Shown here piece by piece: positions 1 to 12,786 of a DNA stretch of 64,000 nt. Each line of letters begins with the position of its first letter. Position 1 is the first letter of the stretch. Made by a program: the position numbers and the translations under genes. This DNA comes from Tubulanus polymorphus (taxonomy: Eukaryota; Animalia; Nemertea): NCBI RefSeq assembly GCF_964204645.1, contig NC_134027.1, positions 20,298,560-20,362,559 of the forward strand, written 5' to 3'. The notes below the pieces were generated by a model that was not told where the DNA came from, ran no database searches, and was given only the letters and a program-made list of their open reading frames with translations.

Positions 1-20
1 GGTGCCCCGGCCTGAAAGGT

Positions 21-1420
21 ATGGTGCGGAGATATGTCCAGAGCTGTAAGGCCTGCCAAACCAGCAAAAACCCACCTAGAAAGGCCAGGGCCCCACTCAT
101 CTCGACACCTAATGGCCGTGCAAACCAGCGTCTGCATATCGACGTGATAGGGCCGATAAACCCTAGGACACGAAGAGGCAACCAGTATATACTAGTTGTG
201 CAGGACGCTTTCACTAAGTGGCCGGAAGCCTGGCCGATGCGGAACCAGAAAGTGAAAACAGTGGCACGGTTACTCATCAATGAGTGGATCTGCAGATATG
301 GTTGCCCGGAGAGCCTCCATTCAGATAAGGGCTCCAATTTTACGTCGAGGGTGTTCAAGGAGATCAATCAGCTACTCGGCATCCATCGAACTTTAACCAC
401 CGCTTTCCACCCTCAAGGGAACGGACAAGTTGAAAATTTCAACAAATCGATCAAAGCGATGCTGACGGTGACAGTTGACGAGAATGGGAAAGACTGGGAT
501 GACCATCTCCCGGGATGCTTAATGGCATTCCGATCGAGTGTTCAGTCATCAACACAGAAGACCCCATCCTTTTTGACATTTGGACGTGAAATTAGCCTCC
601 CGATTGATCTGATGGTGGCTAGCCCGGAGCTGGATCAGTCCACAACAGAATACGCCCGGTGTGTCGGGGCCCGACTTGAATCTGCCTACGATGGAGTCAG
701 GGAGAGATTAACCGTTGCCCAACGGCGCCAGCGACAGTATTATGACAGATTCACATCACGTGGTGGCTATCAAGTGGGTGACAGAGTCTGGCTATACAGT
801 CACTATGTCAAGCCCGGGGAAGCCCCGAAATTCCATAAGAAGTGGTATGGCCCGTTTGTAGTCACGCAGCGCCTGACTGAGGTAAATTATCGCGTGGAGA
901 CTCTGTCAGGAAAGACCAAGACCAAAGTTGTCCACTTCAACGACATGAAACCAGCCATAGTTTTGATGGTGATGAAAACCCCCAGGTTCCCCAGAACAAA
1001 CCTCCCTCCACTAGGCACGGCACCATGAAGCATGACCCGGTCGCACGAGGACATAGTCCTTCAAGCTCGGAGGAGGAGGAAGAGGACCAGCTGATTCCGG
1101 TGGACCCGCACCCTCAGAATGGAAGGATTCGAGCCGAAACACCTGCTGGAGCTGAGCCACCGACTTCCGCTGGCTCAGAACAAGGTGAATCCGACGGAGA
1201 ATCGGTAGATGAGGGACAACCTGCCAGGGGACGGCTCCGACCGCGAGCTGCAATAAAGGCTCCTACATGGCAGATGGACTTTGTGTGCTCAGTGGCTCCC
1301 AGTAACCAAGATGTCTGGATGGAAACTTGGGACCGGATCCGGAAACAAAAGCCATTCTGGCTGAAGAAGGGTATAGAGATCTCGAGGGCCCTGAAAATGA
1401 ATCGGTCGCCAGTCAAATAG
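21..1420 (+). pseudogene. Gypsy integrase (C-terminal part of pol), with a frameshift near 960
   Basis: CxxC, HIDVIGP, DAFTKWPEA, LHSDKGSNF, HPQGNGQVE, TPSFLTFGRE and GPF/VHFNDMK (GPY/F) motifs. After ~960 the alternative frame reads DGDENPQ...MKHDP... into ORF 1025-1420, which has the typical RPRAAIKAPTWQMDF integrase tail. Confidence 0.88.
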
Positions 1421-1724
1421 GCAAACAATGCTAACCCTAAGTGGTTTAGTAATGTTGGCTTGGGTTTGGGATTTCCCCTGTGCGGAAAGTTGCTCAACTG
1501 GTTTCTCGAGTACCCTCAAATGGTTGTCGAGGTGCCACATAGTTCAACTGTGATAGTTGGCACTTGCCCACTAGGGAAACTGATCACATACTTGAAGACT
1601 GGTGGATCAAATCTGTATATAGCCATATGTATATACTCAAGATGTTTTTAGTCGATAACCCACACATTTTATTAAACGAATTATTTGTTGTTTCTTCATA
1701 ATAGTGAACCCTTGAGAAAGCAAA

Positions 1725-1994
1725 ATGGAAGCTGTCGAATTAGACCGAGTAAAATGTAGTTCTGCTGTAATCGGGAAGAAGCGAGCATTCAGTCGAGCCG
1801 TATGTGATTTTCTGCGACGCCCTGACACCGCACCACCACCAGACGGTCATGAGTTTGTGGAAGCCGCAGAAGATGAACTTTTGAATCCCGCTTCATTGGT
1901 AACAGGAGCCGTGGTGATGGGTATAAAGACTGCCCTACCTAGGTCCCTGCCAAGGCTTCGCGGCCCAGATTCGACATGGTGGCCACAAAGTTGA
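1725..1994 (+). CDS. small ORF upstream of the SGNH ORF, possibly its frameshifted N-terminus
   Basis: 89-aa ORF overlapping the next ORF by 19 nt, between pol and the PPT. No recognisable domain. Confidence 0.3.
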   Translation: MEAVELDRVKCSSAVIGKKRAFSRAVCDFLRRPDTAPPPDGHEFVEAAEDELLNPASLVTGAVVMGIKTALPRSLPRLRGPDSTWWPQS

Positions 1995-2527
1995 AATCCT
2001 TGGTACACAAAGTCGGTGGTGATCCGGAGGACTTAAACGGGAAACTACAAAAGATTGAGTCTCGAGCAATCCGAACACGTCCGCCCGTGCTACTGTTGTC
2101 GGACTCCATGTTTAAGAATCTGAGAGCCGACTCCCTAGTGACTCCGATCAGCCATCCAGGGGAGCGAGTCAGTGGTCTACTGGACTATCTCAAGGGAGTC
2201 CAGGTGAACTGTTCAGCCGTCGTATTCAACCACGGTATGAACCACGCGCGTGAGTTTGGGAGACACACTACTATGGATCTCCAGGAGCTCCGTAGTCTGT
2301 TGCGGAAGAGGTACCCCAAAGCTCCGCTGTATCACCTGGAAGTCCCTGTCCCTCCCTGCCTCGAAGGGAATGCAGGTGCTGTGCGGCGCATCGCCCGAAT
2401 AAACCGCAAAGCGAAAGAGGTTGGCTTCATTGAGATACAACACCCGGAGCTGAAACCTACCAATTTTAATGGTATCCATTATAAGGGTCAGGTTCCGGAG
2501 TTGATCATGAGGCACATCCTGTGCTAA
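1976..2527 (+). CDS. SGNH/GDSL hydrolase-like extra ORF of the Gypsy element
   Basis: Four SGNH blocks in the correct order and spacing: VLLLSDSM (block I), SHPG (II), VVFNHGMNH (III), FNGIHY (V). Confidence 0.72.
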   Translation: MVATKLKSLVHKVGGDPEDLNGKLQKIESRAIRTRPPVLLLSDSMFKNLRADSLVTPISHPGERVSGLLDYLKGVQVNCSAVVFNHGMNHAREFGRHTTMDLQELRSLLRKRYPKAPLYHLEVPVPPCLEGNAGAVRRIARINRKAKEVGFIEIQHPELKPTNFNGIHYKGQVPELIMRHILC

Positions 2528-2893
2528 CCCGCGGTTGATCCTGAATCATGGTTCGGGACTAGTACCTATCAATGGTTCACTACCCCCCACCCACTGCAAA
2601 GCGACATAACAACTAAAAGTTGTTGTTTACTCAAATCAGAGTACTCTCCGTTTCTGTCTCTTCTTGTTTTTCAGGTCATATGTATGCAACCTAGATGCCA
2701 CACTAGCAACGAAACTGGACCTGGATACCACACTGGCTGTCGATTACCACATAGACGTCCCACTGGCTGTCATACTCGCGTGTGAATGGTTTTGCGGTCC
2801 ATCCTACTGGTTCGGATATTTTTGCAGATACAACCCGCGGTTAAACAGCTGTGTTGTCGTATACAACCGACAAAATTAAGGGGGGGGGGGTGG

Positions 2894-3140
2894 TGTGATG
2901 GACCGGTAAAGTCCGGTATCCGGCTTTTACCGAGTCCAAATCCGTATTCTAGTGACCCCGTATTGTGTGGGAATTCTTTTTTTCTCTTTTGGCGTGGAAA
3001 TAAAAGAAAGAAGACGTTAGGTAAATCTCGGCGTGGTCTTTGATTAAGTTAGAGGTTCTGTGGAAACGATTATTCCCCCTTTCTTGATTGAGCCAACGAA
3101 AGAGGAGATTTTACACATTCGTGTTTCCGGTACCGCAACA
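2894..3140 (+). repeat. putative 3' LTR of the Gypsy element
   Basis: Starts TGTGATGG right after the PPT (AAG-G10-TGG), contains AATAAA near 2999 and ends ...CCGCAACA. The end point cannot be confirmed without the 5' LTR. Confidence 0.55.
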
Positions 3141-5199
3141 GAAATTACTTCGATCAATCGCTTGCATCAATGGGGATCCAGGGGGTTACTTCGATGGGGT
3201 TCGCGTTTCTCTTGCTTTTCATGAAAATTCCATTCTATACAGATGGGAGACATATTCGACTATGTGAAAAAGCACAATATCCAGGGTGGTTGTACCTCCG
3301 TGTTCATTGATTTAAATCTTATATACAAATATTATATACCAGTCTAATCATAATCCAATAATTAAGTGGAAAGAAGTTGAATTAGAGCGCTGCCAGTCGT
3401 TTATAAATGTGACTGACTAAATTTACGAATGTCGCTTGATTTAACCACCATACACTTCATTTGCGAATCGTTGATGTTCATCGAAAACGTAGGTAATGGC
3501 AGCCTAGGATATACTATCAGGATTCTAACACTTGATCCTGGTTTAAACGGCCAAGAATCACTTATGTTTTCCGAAAATTAACCATTGCTCAGACCACCGA
3601 CGATTTGTGTTTAAACTTCGTCGTTTATTATTTTGCTTAGATGAATTCCGACTCGTTGCTAAACGAGGCGTCATCAATTAAATGCAACAGGCCCGTTTTG
3701 TTTTAAGTGTCGCCGTTTACAAGGTTGAGTAGACTTTCGATTTACACAATTAGTTGCTTTTCAAGAACATTTACAATTATAGAAAATGATTTCATAGGAA
3801 ATATATTTGTGGGTAAGGGTGAAATATAAGGTGGGTTTACCGAGCGCTGCGATAGTAAATATTGTTGTAACGATTGTAACGAGATTATCGTCTGCATAGA
3901 AAACCAGGTGGCGGTTACCGGAAACAGCTGTATGGATCCTAATAATTATTACTATATAGCAGTGTTTACTATTTTCTAAACATCTGTCATAATAGTTATT
4001 CGATATTAGGTATGTAATTGTTTTCCGTAGCAATTTTTTCCAGTGAATGGCATACCGGTTCACACGAATACCAGTTAACTGAATGACCGGGGAACTGTAA
4101 AAAAGAATAGTTGGCATTTTTGTGGGTCAAGAATTATTTGGCAAAAACTCACACCTGGTACACTGGTCTAGAGTCGAATTTAAAACCTCATGGAACCTAG
4201 AAACAGAATCTGGCAGCGATATCAAACCAATAACAGTTATTGAAAGCGTCATAGAAGGGAACAGGAAAAAAATGAAAATGAACTTCTTTCAATGTTCGAG
4301 TATTCTTTACATAAAATCTTGGGAGGACTGCAAAAATAATTTGAAAAGCAGAAGTCCAAGGAAATCCTGCATTAGATTTAGATTACGTAACGAGTGGAAA
4401 GAATTTGCTCTTAATGACTAATTTCGAAAGGATCTGAAATAGGTAGGAAAAAAAGTAAAATGGATTTGATTTGAGTTCAAGTACAAAGTAGCCCCATCAC
4501 CAACCTTTGAAAATCAAATGATGAGATCGCAAATTAAGTCAGAAATATGAACAAAAAATGCGTTTACTTCTTTTATTGAAAAATTATGATGAAGACATGA
4601 TGAAATAGAGGAGGATAATAATTTGCCGAGACTCAAGGACGGTGGATTCGTTCTCCATAAAATAAAGAGCTAACAGTGGCTCAATACAGCACCCGATGTT
4701 GCTATGTGGTTTTTCACCTGGAAATCTGAAATTTCTGGTGTATCTATGCGATCCTATGACTCCTGAGAGCGTGCGACATATTCTGATTTCTTGGAGCAAC
4801 ATAATTGAATCAATTAACCCGCTTCCCTTCCCTGTGTAAAGGATTAGACGGAGAACTAGTTGCAACGAACCGTACAAGATATACATCGAGACCCTGGATC
4901 AGCTGCACATTTGTTTATTATGCTAGCTTGCTATCCTCCGTTTTTTACCGTCTGTACTAAGAGAGAAATCAACCCTCCTCGAAAGAATTTTCTACAAAAT
5001 CTATCTGATACATCTAGGGTGTGGGGAAGAATGGTTGGAAAAATGCAAACATTGGCAACTTCACCACCCGTATAATTTGTAACCGATCAGACGAAAAAGC
5101 GTATCCGTGAGAAAAACATAAGACACGAAACATCCCATTAGGGCAATATATACCATATAGACAGAGGCTTGCAGTGCCAAGTGATTAAAATGAACTTAC

Positions 5200-5343
5200 T
5201 ATCTGTATCTATATCTTCGATATAACCCTGCAATTCAGACCGAGTTGGCGACTGCCCTAGTGACGTCATCACTGCTCCCAGCTCTTCCAGAGTTATTACC
5301 CCATCGCTGTTTTTATCAAACACGCTGAACGCATCCAGGAATT
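5200..5343 (-). CDS. calmodulin-like gene, EF-hand exon
   Basis: ACAG|AATTC...GATA|GTAAGT, 144 nt, phase 1-1, encoding [48 protein letters not shown]. Length and phase match the conserved animal calmodulin exon. Downstream exons were not found in the window. Confidence 0.9.
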
Positions 5344-5819
5344 CTGTAATACAACCTTACAATACAATTTATGTATAACACTTGTTCGCATAAAACCAAA
5401 CATCTACTGAAAATACAGTAGCGTACCTGGGTGGCTAGAAAACTTTCGGAGTGTTTTGAAAATAGAAGAACGATTTCAACAGTATTCCTCAAGATGACTT
5501 ATAGGATAATGATTAGAAATAGCTCGAGGAAACATTCTGGGACCTCTTTCTTTTCATAGTGTAAGATTTCATACAATTTATCATTGCTCAACATGGGCAA
5601 CGTGTTCATCAGTGTCCTACATATCCGGAATCTCGAATCTTCTTCGAACTAAAGAATAATCCCATTATTAAACTCCTGAGCCATTATCTAACAAGCAGCC
5701 TTTTGGTTGATATAGCCCCGCTGTGTTTTTTACGTACTTCATCATTCTTTATCTATCTCAGTTCTGCATGGTACACCGAATTAGTAACAATTCATAGAAA
5801 GAGTTTGGGGGGTCGAATC

Positions 5820-6225
5820 CTAAAACTGTCGTTGTAGCCATTCACCCAGATAGAACATCAAGAGCGAATTTCCGAAGATATCTATCCAACAGATCATTGG
5901 TCCCAAGTTTTATAGTGATCCGATAGAAACCGTAGGACTTGTAGCCATTTATAGAAATATGGGCCCTATTGTAATACCAAAACAGCTCTATATTGTTTTA
6001 GGTTTTGGCCGACAGGTCATTGGTCTCAAGTTTAATATCGATCCGATAAGAAATGCATCCAAAAGTTGTCCTTTATTGTTGTAGTTTGTTGTAGTTCCTA
6101 CCCCATAGCATATTAATACGCACCGATTTCAGTAATGGTCCGAAGATTAGTAACAATTGAAGTAAAAGTAAAACAGAGAGATGACGATGGCTCACCCTGA
6201 CCTTCGATCAAGCGTAGTTAATAAA
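5820..6225 (+). mobile_element. degenerate Helentron/DINE-1-like non-autonomous repeat (intronic)
   Basis: Repeated CATTGGTC(C/T)CAAGTTT...GATCCGATA blocks (5893, 6016) and a decayed terminal hairpin GCTCACCCTGACCTTCGATCAAG. Resembles the 30840-31400 repeat. Confidence 0.4.
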
Positions 6226-7029
6226 GCTTAAGCCAGTTTCGGGTTCTTATTCTTCGAGATTTGAATATTTGAGGAGTTGAACTAAATTGAATTACTGTAT
6301 ATACTAATCTAACAATCGTGGAACTGGGTTTTCATTTACAATAGACTGAAAAATCCAAATCCATTCGTGAAACATTACGATATTCTAGAATCATTGTCTT
6401 TACTGTACGTAAACCTTGCATGGCCAGGCAGTACGATGGGGCTGCTCAATAAATCTGTAACAGCATCACGCGGCTAAATCTCTATTCAACAACTGGCCCA
6501 ATTGAGACTATAGTGGTGTAAAAGATATAAATGATTTGAGTGTTCAACTCAATTTTAAATTGTTTTCAAAAAGGGACCCGTCCCCACTCTTGTGGAATCA
6601 GGTTAGGCTGTGAGTTCACTTGAGACCTGCTGTTCCGTAGGTTTTGCATTCGGAACTACCCCATCTGATTTCCATAGACAGGTGGCTGCCCATAGGATTA
6701 AGTCGAAACATCAACTACACACTTAGTTTTTCTTCGTAATGGTGCGTTTTTCTTCAACTTATTCAGCTCCTGATGCGTTTATCAGAAAACTTCCGTCTGG
6801 GAACAGTTATAGTTTAACAACGCATAGTGTCTTGTGAGAATAGAATGAAATACGTGGTAAAAGATAAACGCTCTCTTATCTTGTGATAAACTTGCTCACG
6901 AAGAAGTAAGCATCGAAATGCTTATCGTTCTTCTTTTACCCTTACGTGCAAGATGAAAGCTTGGGTCTTGAAAGTGAAAACGTTTCCACTTCTAAAATGT
7001 AAAAAGTTATCTAGTATTATTATATTTAC

Positions 7030-9721
7030 CTTTTATTTCGACGCTATTGAAGCCTAGTTGATCTTCTGCCCATTTCACGTTTTTCCGATCGGCCAGGAAG
7101 CCTTGATGATAAATGTAGGATTTATTTTCAACAGATGCACCGGCACAAGTTGTGCTTTCAACCTGGTCGTCGTTATCCCATGTTGTACTCGAAATGACCC
7201 CGCCACCAGTAGCGGCCGCTGCTGCTAAGGGTTCCTTAGCGTTAATCACTTCTGGAATTTTACTTACATTCTTGGCTAAATCATTACTTGTACTATTAGA
7301 CGAGTCCGTTGTCTTACTGCCGGATAAACTGATGTGTGCATCTTCCGTAGTGCCTTCAAGTTGATGTATCTCCTTCATCTGGCATAATTGCAAATTTTCG
7401 GTATGATACGAACATTTGTCACCAACATTTTTAGCTTCGACGTTAGGTTGAACGGTATCACTCGTTGAGTGGTCATCGTCGTTACTTTTGTCTTTTTTTG
7501 TGCTTTCTTTGATAGCACATTCGTTTGTGACCGCATTATCATTCGAAACGTATGGATTTATAACCTTCCCAATCATTAAGTCTTTTGACTGATTTCCGTC
7601 ACTTAATTCCGACTTTTCAGCACTGTTTTCTACGAGTGCTGTTTTCTCGGCTATTTTGAGAGAGATTTCATTTGTGTCCAACTCAATTGGTTTTTCATTT
7701 CTGTAATCCTTAGGCTTAGCCTCAGTATATCCAGCAGAGTTGAAAACCTCTTGAGTATTTTCGCTAACTTCAATCGACTCTGTCAACTTTTTAGGAGATG
7801 ATATCCTCACCGCTGAAGGTGACTTGTCCGTGTCAAGTTGAATTGGTGTTTTCTTTTCATAAGCTATAGGGTTTACACCAGTCTCGTCTACTAAAACGAG
7901 GGCCTTTTCCCTCACAGGGTCACTTGATATGTCTTTCATCGGTTTACTAGATAATGAGGGTGACTTTTTTGGGTCTAACTGAATTGGCGTTTTCTTTTCA
8001 TTATCTTTCGGTGTTGTACTATTTGTTCTAAGGGTCTCGTCTACCGAAACATACGCTTCTTCTTTAGCTTGTAGCTCTTTCGTTTCTGTAGGAGGGGATT
8101 TTCTCCCTGTCGAAGGTGACTTGTCAGTGTCGATTGGAATTGACTTTGTCTTTCCACAATCTTCCTGTTTTGCGTCATTTATTTTTTTGGATTCATCCAC
8201 AAAAATGGAAGGCCTTTCCTTTGACACGTGAGTTGTATCCTTGATCGACGTTTTAGCACTTGAAGATGATGTGCCCGGGTCTAATTGAAATTGTTCGTTA
8301 GGACTCTCCACTTCATGGACAGGACCCTTTTCCCGTGTTGATGAAAGCGACTCTGGTGTATCCATTACACATTCAGACTTCGTTTGTGGACTATAATTCT
8401 CGGATTTGCCAGTTTCGAACTGTACCGGTTTTTTCTTGCCGTAAGCTCGTTGTTTTGGGCGCGGTTTTGGTGACCTATTTTCGCTTTCATTTATATCACT
8501 GTCAATAACAGCAGTGGAATTTAACACAGTGACTGGATTGTGGTTACAAACAAGCCTCGTTGGAAGTTGATCTGCACTATCCGTTTTGACGATCTCAACC
8601 GGTCGCTTGGCTTCAAAAACCTGGGCTGAATTATTTTGCACCTCAGAATTGACCCCAATTATCGAGGGTTTTGGTGAACTTTCAAGTACTGCACAGGCTG
8701 ATATTTTCTTAGGGTTGGCTTCCAGTTTATTTTCGGTTTGTTTTGAAGATTTGCTATCGTCGCCACCGCTTGCCTCTGATTTCGACTTCGTTTTATCCTT
8801 CCTGAATATATCTAAGAAACCCTTTTTATGCGACGTCTTCTCCGTTTTGATAACTTGATCGCTGAGCACAAGTTGAGCTTGCGGTTTCGACGTCGAATCC
8901 GAAGGCTGAGCGCTACCGATACAAATTGGCTTTTTCTTTTCATAAGCGCGTGGTTTGGCGGCCGACGAAACCGACACGTTCTCATCGCTTTTATCCGTCG
9001 TTATCGCCGACTCGACCGGCCGGTATTTGATTGCCGAAAACCTGATTTTCGGTGCCTGGAATTTCTGTGGTTTATCGTGAGACATTTTGTTGTCAGCTTT
9101 CAGTTCCGAGTTAGAATCGATAAATCGTGCCGACGAACCTGTGTTATTATCAGTCTCTGAACTATAATCCTTTGTTTTTAAAGGCGATATACGCGCTGAA
9201 TTATCGTTTACGTTAGATTCGGGGTTACTCACGATTGCAACCTCCTCACTTGAGACGTAATTAGAATCAGGTCTCACTCGTTGTAAGTTGGTAACACCCG
9301 TAAAATTAACTACAGGCGTTTTTGTGACCCTGACATTCGTTAAAAATTCGGAAGAAGGTGTAATAACTTCCGGTTTTACAACAACAACGGGTACCGCTGT
9401 TGCCATAGACGACGTTGGATGATCCGTAAGAACAGTAACGGGAACCTTTCTATGCCCAGTAGAATAATCCGAATCCGAAACGACGTTAACATTTGACCTC
9501 GAAGTGGTGACATCATCTGCCGAAGAATCGCCGACCTTGACCTTAATTTCTCTGAATTCGCCGCATGGTTTTTCGACGAATGATGATTCGAAACTATCGC
9601 ATGGTGGTGTTTGGTTGTCGCGTAAATTATCGATTGCAAGAATTGTCGTATCACATAATTTTTGAATTTCGTCGAATAAACTTTCACCTCCTGAGAACAA
9701 ATCCACTTCGAAATCGTCCAT
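7030..9721 (-). CDS. calmodulin-like gene, giant first coding exon (~897 aa, S/K/E/T-rich, disordered)
   Basis: 2.7-kb stop-free ORF ending at a phase-1 donor AAAG|GTAAAT at 7030. Spliced to 5343 it reads ...[24 protein letters not shown], paralleling calmodulin ADQLTEEQIAEFKEAF. Confidence 0.8.
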
Positions 9722-11232
9722 ATCGTTCCCGAACGAACCCGACTGGAAAGGAAAATAATCGTTCCATCAATTGACGTAGGAAAAACATTTACCAATATGA
9801 GTGCGAGTTATTTGCACGTAATAATCCGTGAATAGCACATGATAGCGCGATTGAAATTTGAACATTATGAAATTTTTTTATCCCACAAAGTTTTGGTTGT
9901 AGCACCTTACCACCTCAGGAGGTCCATTAGGTATGTGGCATCGATCAAATTCTATATTTTTTATTTTCAATGCAACGTATAAGTTGTGGGTTTTCGTTTC
10001 GTGTTAGTCCATATAAGGTTTGTTTAAATTACACCCATCAACGCTTTCTTCATATCTCATGTTGCTAATTCCAAATAGAAAAACCGATCATCGTACGTAG
10101 ATCAACTACGATATCGACGATTTTTATTTCATTTGATAATCCTGTTCAAGAACGACACGACTTATGACCATGTTGTGACAAGAATGAACGCATTTGATAA
10201 AGATTCCCACGATTTGATGTTCCGTATAATTTGAATCAATTTTCTAATTTCGAAAATTGGCACGAAAATTGTCATCATGGCGATGAAAATGGAATGTCAA
10301 CAACCAACAACGAACGATCTTTCGAAACATTTGATATTGAAGAGTGATTTGCTTTTATATTCCAAATTCTACCGTGAGAAGCAAGAGCTATACATGTGCA
10401 GGTATGCCTAGTCAAGCTCGAATCATGAATAATGCCTACTGGTTTCAACTTAAAAAGATACTGCGAAGTTATTGGTTCGACTGATGAAGTATACATTCAA
10501 ATCAGTCTGCACCGATTTACTTAGTTTACCTTGACCCATCATTTTTATTATCCCATCAACGCGTTCGATACCACCACCGACAATTTACCAGAGCTGTAGC
10601 GCCAGCTACGTCTACCTAACTTCTGTCGACAACCCTGAACTGAATGGCTGAACTAATCTGAAAAACGGGATTCTTTTTAATGAAGCTGTATACGTACCAT
10701 TATGACGCTTTGAATCTTGGCATGTTTTTCTTGCCGCTCTGTGTTCGTGTGGTATGCTTGGTTTATAAGTAAAGAGAACTGTTAGGTAGCAGTATACCGG
10801 TGGTTTACAAGCTGGGTGCTATTTAAGGATCAACTTGGAGGAGAATACTCATCTATATACTATCGCCGTACGCGCTCTGGTCTATTCTATGTAATAGACT
10901 TATTTATAAACATCATCAGACCGCCCGTGCTAATCACACCTTTAATTAGGGACGAACTCGGTGTAACGTTGACATCGTCAACAAAATATTTTCGTTGACA
11001 ATATTCATTCGTTCTATTATGTCGAAACGGCAAGAATTGTCAAGTTCAAGGAATGATAACAGCCTCAGAGTTCCCTTATCATATCGTAAATTGTCTGTAT
11101 ATGCAATCTTTACAATCCTAAAAGAAAATAGCTCTCTAATAATCACGGGCCAAGTCTCCCCCGTGTGATCGCAGCTGTGAAAAGGTCGAATTTTTGTAAG
11201 CGATTTGATTTTGTTATAGGTCATTGATTTTG

Positions 11233-11233
<1 letters not shown>

Positions 11234-11325
<92 letters not shown>

Positions 11326-11328
11326 TAT
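11234..11328. repeat. (TA)n microsatellite
   Basis: Direct observation. Confidence 0.97.
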
Positions 11329-12485
11329 TAGTTGCCACCTAAAAGAATCCTCTTATTTTCAATGACATGAAAATAGATAGGCGTACCGCATACGGAAGAT
11401 ATTCTCATAACTCCTTCCGCGCTACCATAATTCTCTTTTCAAAAAGCTGCGGCAATAATTCACTGAATGACGTTTTTTTTTCTATACTATGTTTTTAACG
11501 AAATTGAAGTAAATTCCAGGGAATCTCTTATTATATATAGGAGGTTCCCTGGATGTGTTTATCTTGTGTCTGGTGTAGAAAAACCAAACATGGTGGGGCA
11601 TTCGCTGCTTTATTCAGCTCTCGGATATGCTGGTATAACTGTACTGGGCTATCCCTCCTTTCTATAACGGTTGGTTATTTCATTTCATTATGTGTGGCGT
11701 ATATAATCTATGCGCGCCTAGCATATAAGCTGGTTTTCCTCATGGATTTAAGCGCTTTTATGATCTTAAATCTCGAATTTCTCATGTTTACAACAGGATA
11801 CATAGGATTTTGTAACAGTGGTCTAAGCTCGCACGAGTATAATTCATAGTAATTCGTTGTCTGGGGAACCGTGATGCCTCTCTCTCTCTCTCTGGCTGGC
11901 TTAGTTTACACTATTAATATACATGTACTTCGGCAGAATATAACTTGGATATTTTCCTTACAACTGCTTCAGCCTGTGTATGCCAAATTGCTCATGTGAG
12001 CTTAAACAAAAATTCGAGCAATCGTAAGTCAAGTAAACCGGCGTACGAATAATATTTCATTGTTTAGATAGGAATCATACAAGAATTTGCACATTAGCTT
12101 TAGATTATGGAGCGTGAAGTACGTAGGCATGTAGATATGTAAATTCGTATGAACTTGCCGACATTTTTAGATTATGTACATTGTATCAATCTACAACTGA
12201 GTGCAAAGAAATGTCCTGGGTGAAGTCCAAAACACATGTAACCTTTGCATTTGATTTAGATAACGCTCACATATGAAATCCTAGCTCCCCATAGGAGCCT
12301 GCTGCAGAATCTGCCTCGCTAGTCACCGCTTCAAACTGCCCAGGAGTCTGCTGCTGGGCCACACCCATTGTCTCCCTGTCCATAGCTTCAAACTGTCCAG
12401 AAAATTGCCCCAATCCCATATACACGCCTGATGATGTACGTCAGCTGCTTTCTTTACATCCATTGCGCCAGAAGTCAGACAATAG

Positions 12486-12786
12486 CAGGGGCGGATCCTC
12501 AAATGCCTTCCAAAAAAATCTTTATAAGGGGATTTTTCGTGCTCGTAAGTTAGTGTATCTCCAGCCATTCCGCCATTATGATGACAAATGCTTGAGAAAT
12601 GATCTGCTTCCCCCAATTATCTCATTGAAATTATCAACACCTCATCCTGGCTACGGCTCAGCAGGATGTCATAATTTTCACCGAAACCATCGCACAAATG
12701 CTGTCAAATTGCACCATTTTCCCGAAGATTTTTCAAAATTGTCTAAATGTTTCTTTTCTAACAATAAAATCCTAGATCCGCCCCTG
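12486..12786. mobile_element. hAT-like MITE
   Basis: TIRs CAGGGGCGGATC / GATCCGCCCCTG. Flanks GACAATAG and ACAAGTAG resemble a decayed 8-bp TSD. Confidence 0.65.

Larger units (their letters stand above)
1..3140 (+). mobile_element. Gypsy/Ty3 LTR retrotransposon, 3' portion (5' part lies outside the window)
   Basis: Integrase ORF, extra ORFs, a G-rich polypurine tract at ~2873-2893, then a TG...CA segment interpreted as the 3' LTR. The 5' LTR and TSD are not visible. Confidence 0.9.

Noticed and set aside
3141-5199. Further calmodulin exons (EF-hands 2-4)
   Set aside because: No GTIDF-like or EF-hand-coding exon was recognised by eye; the short ORFs here look spurious.
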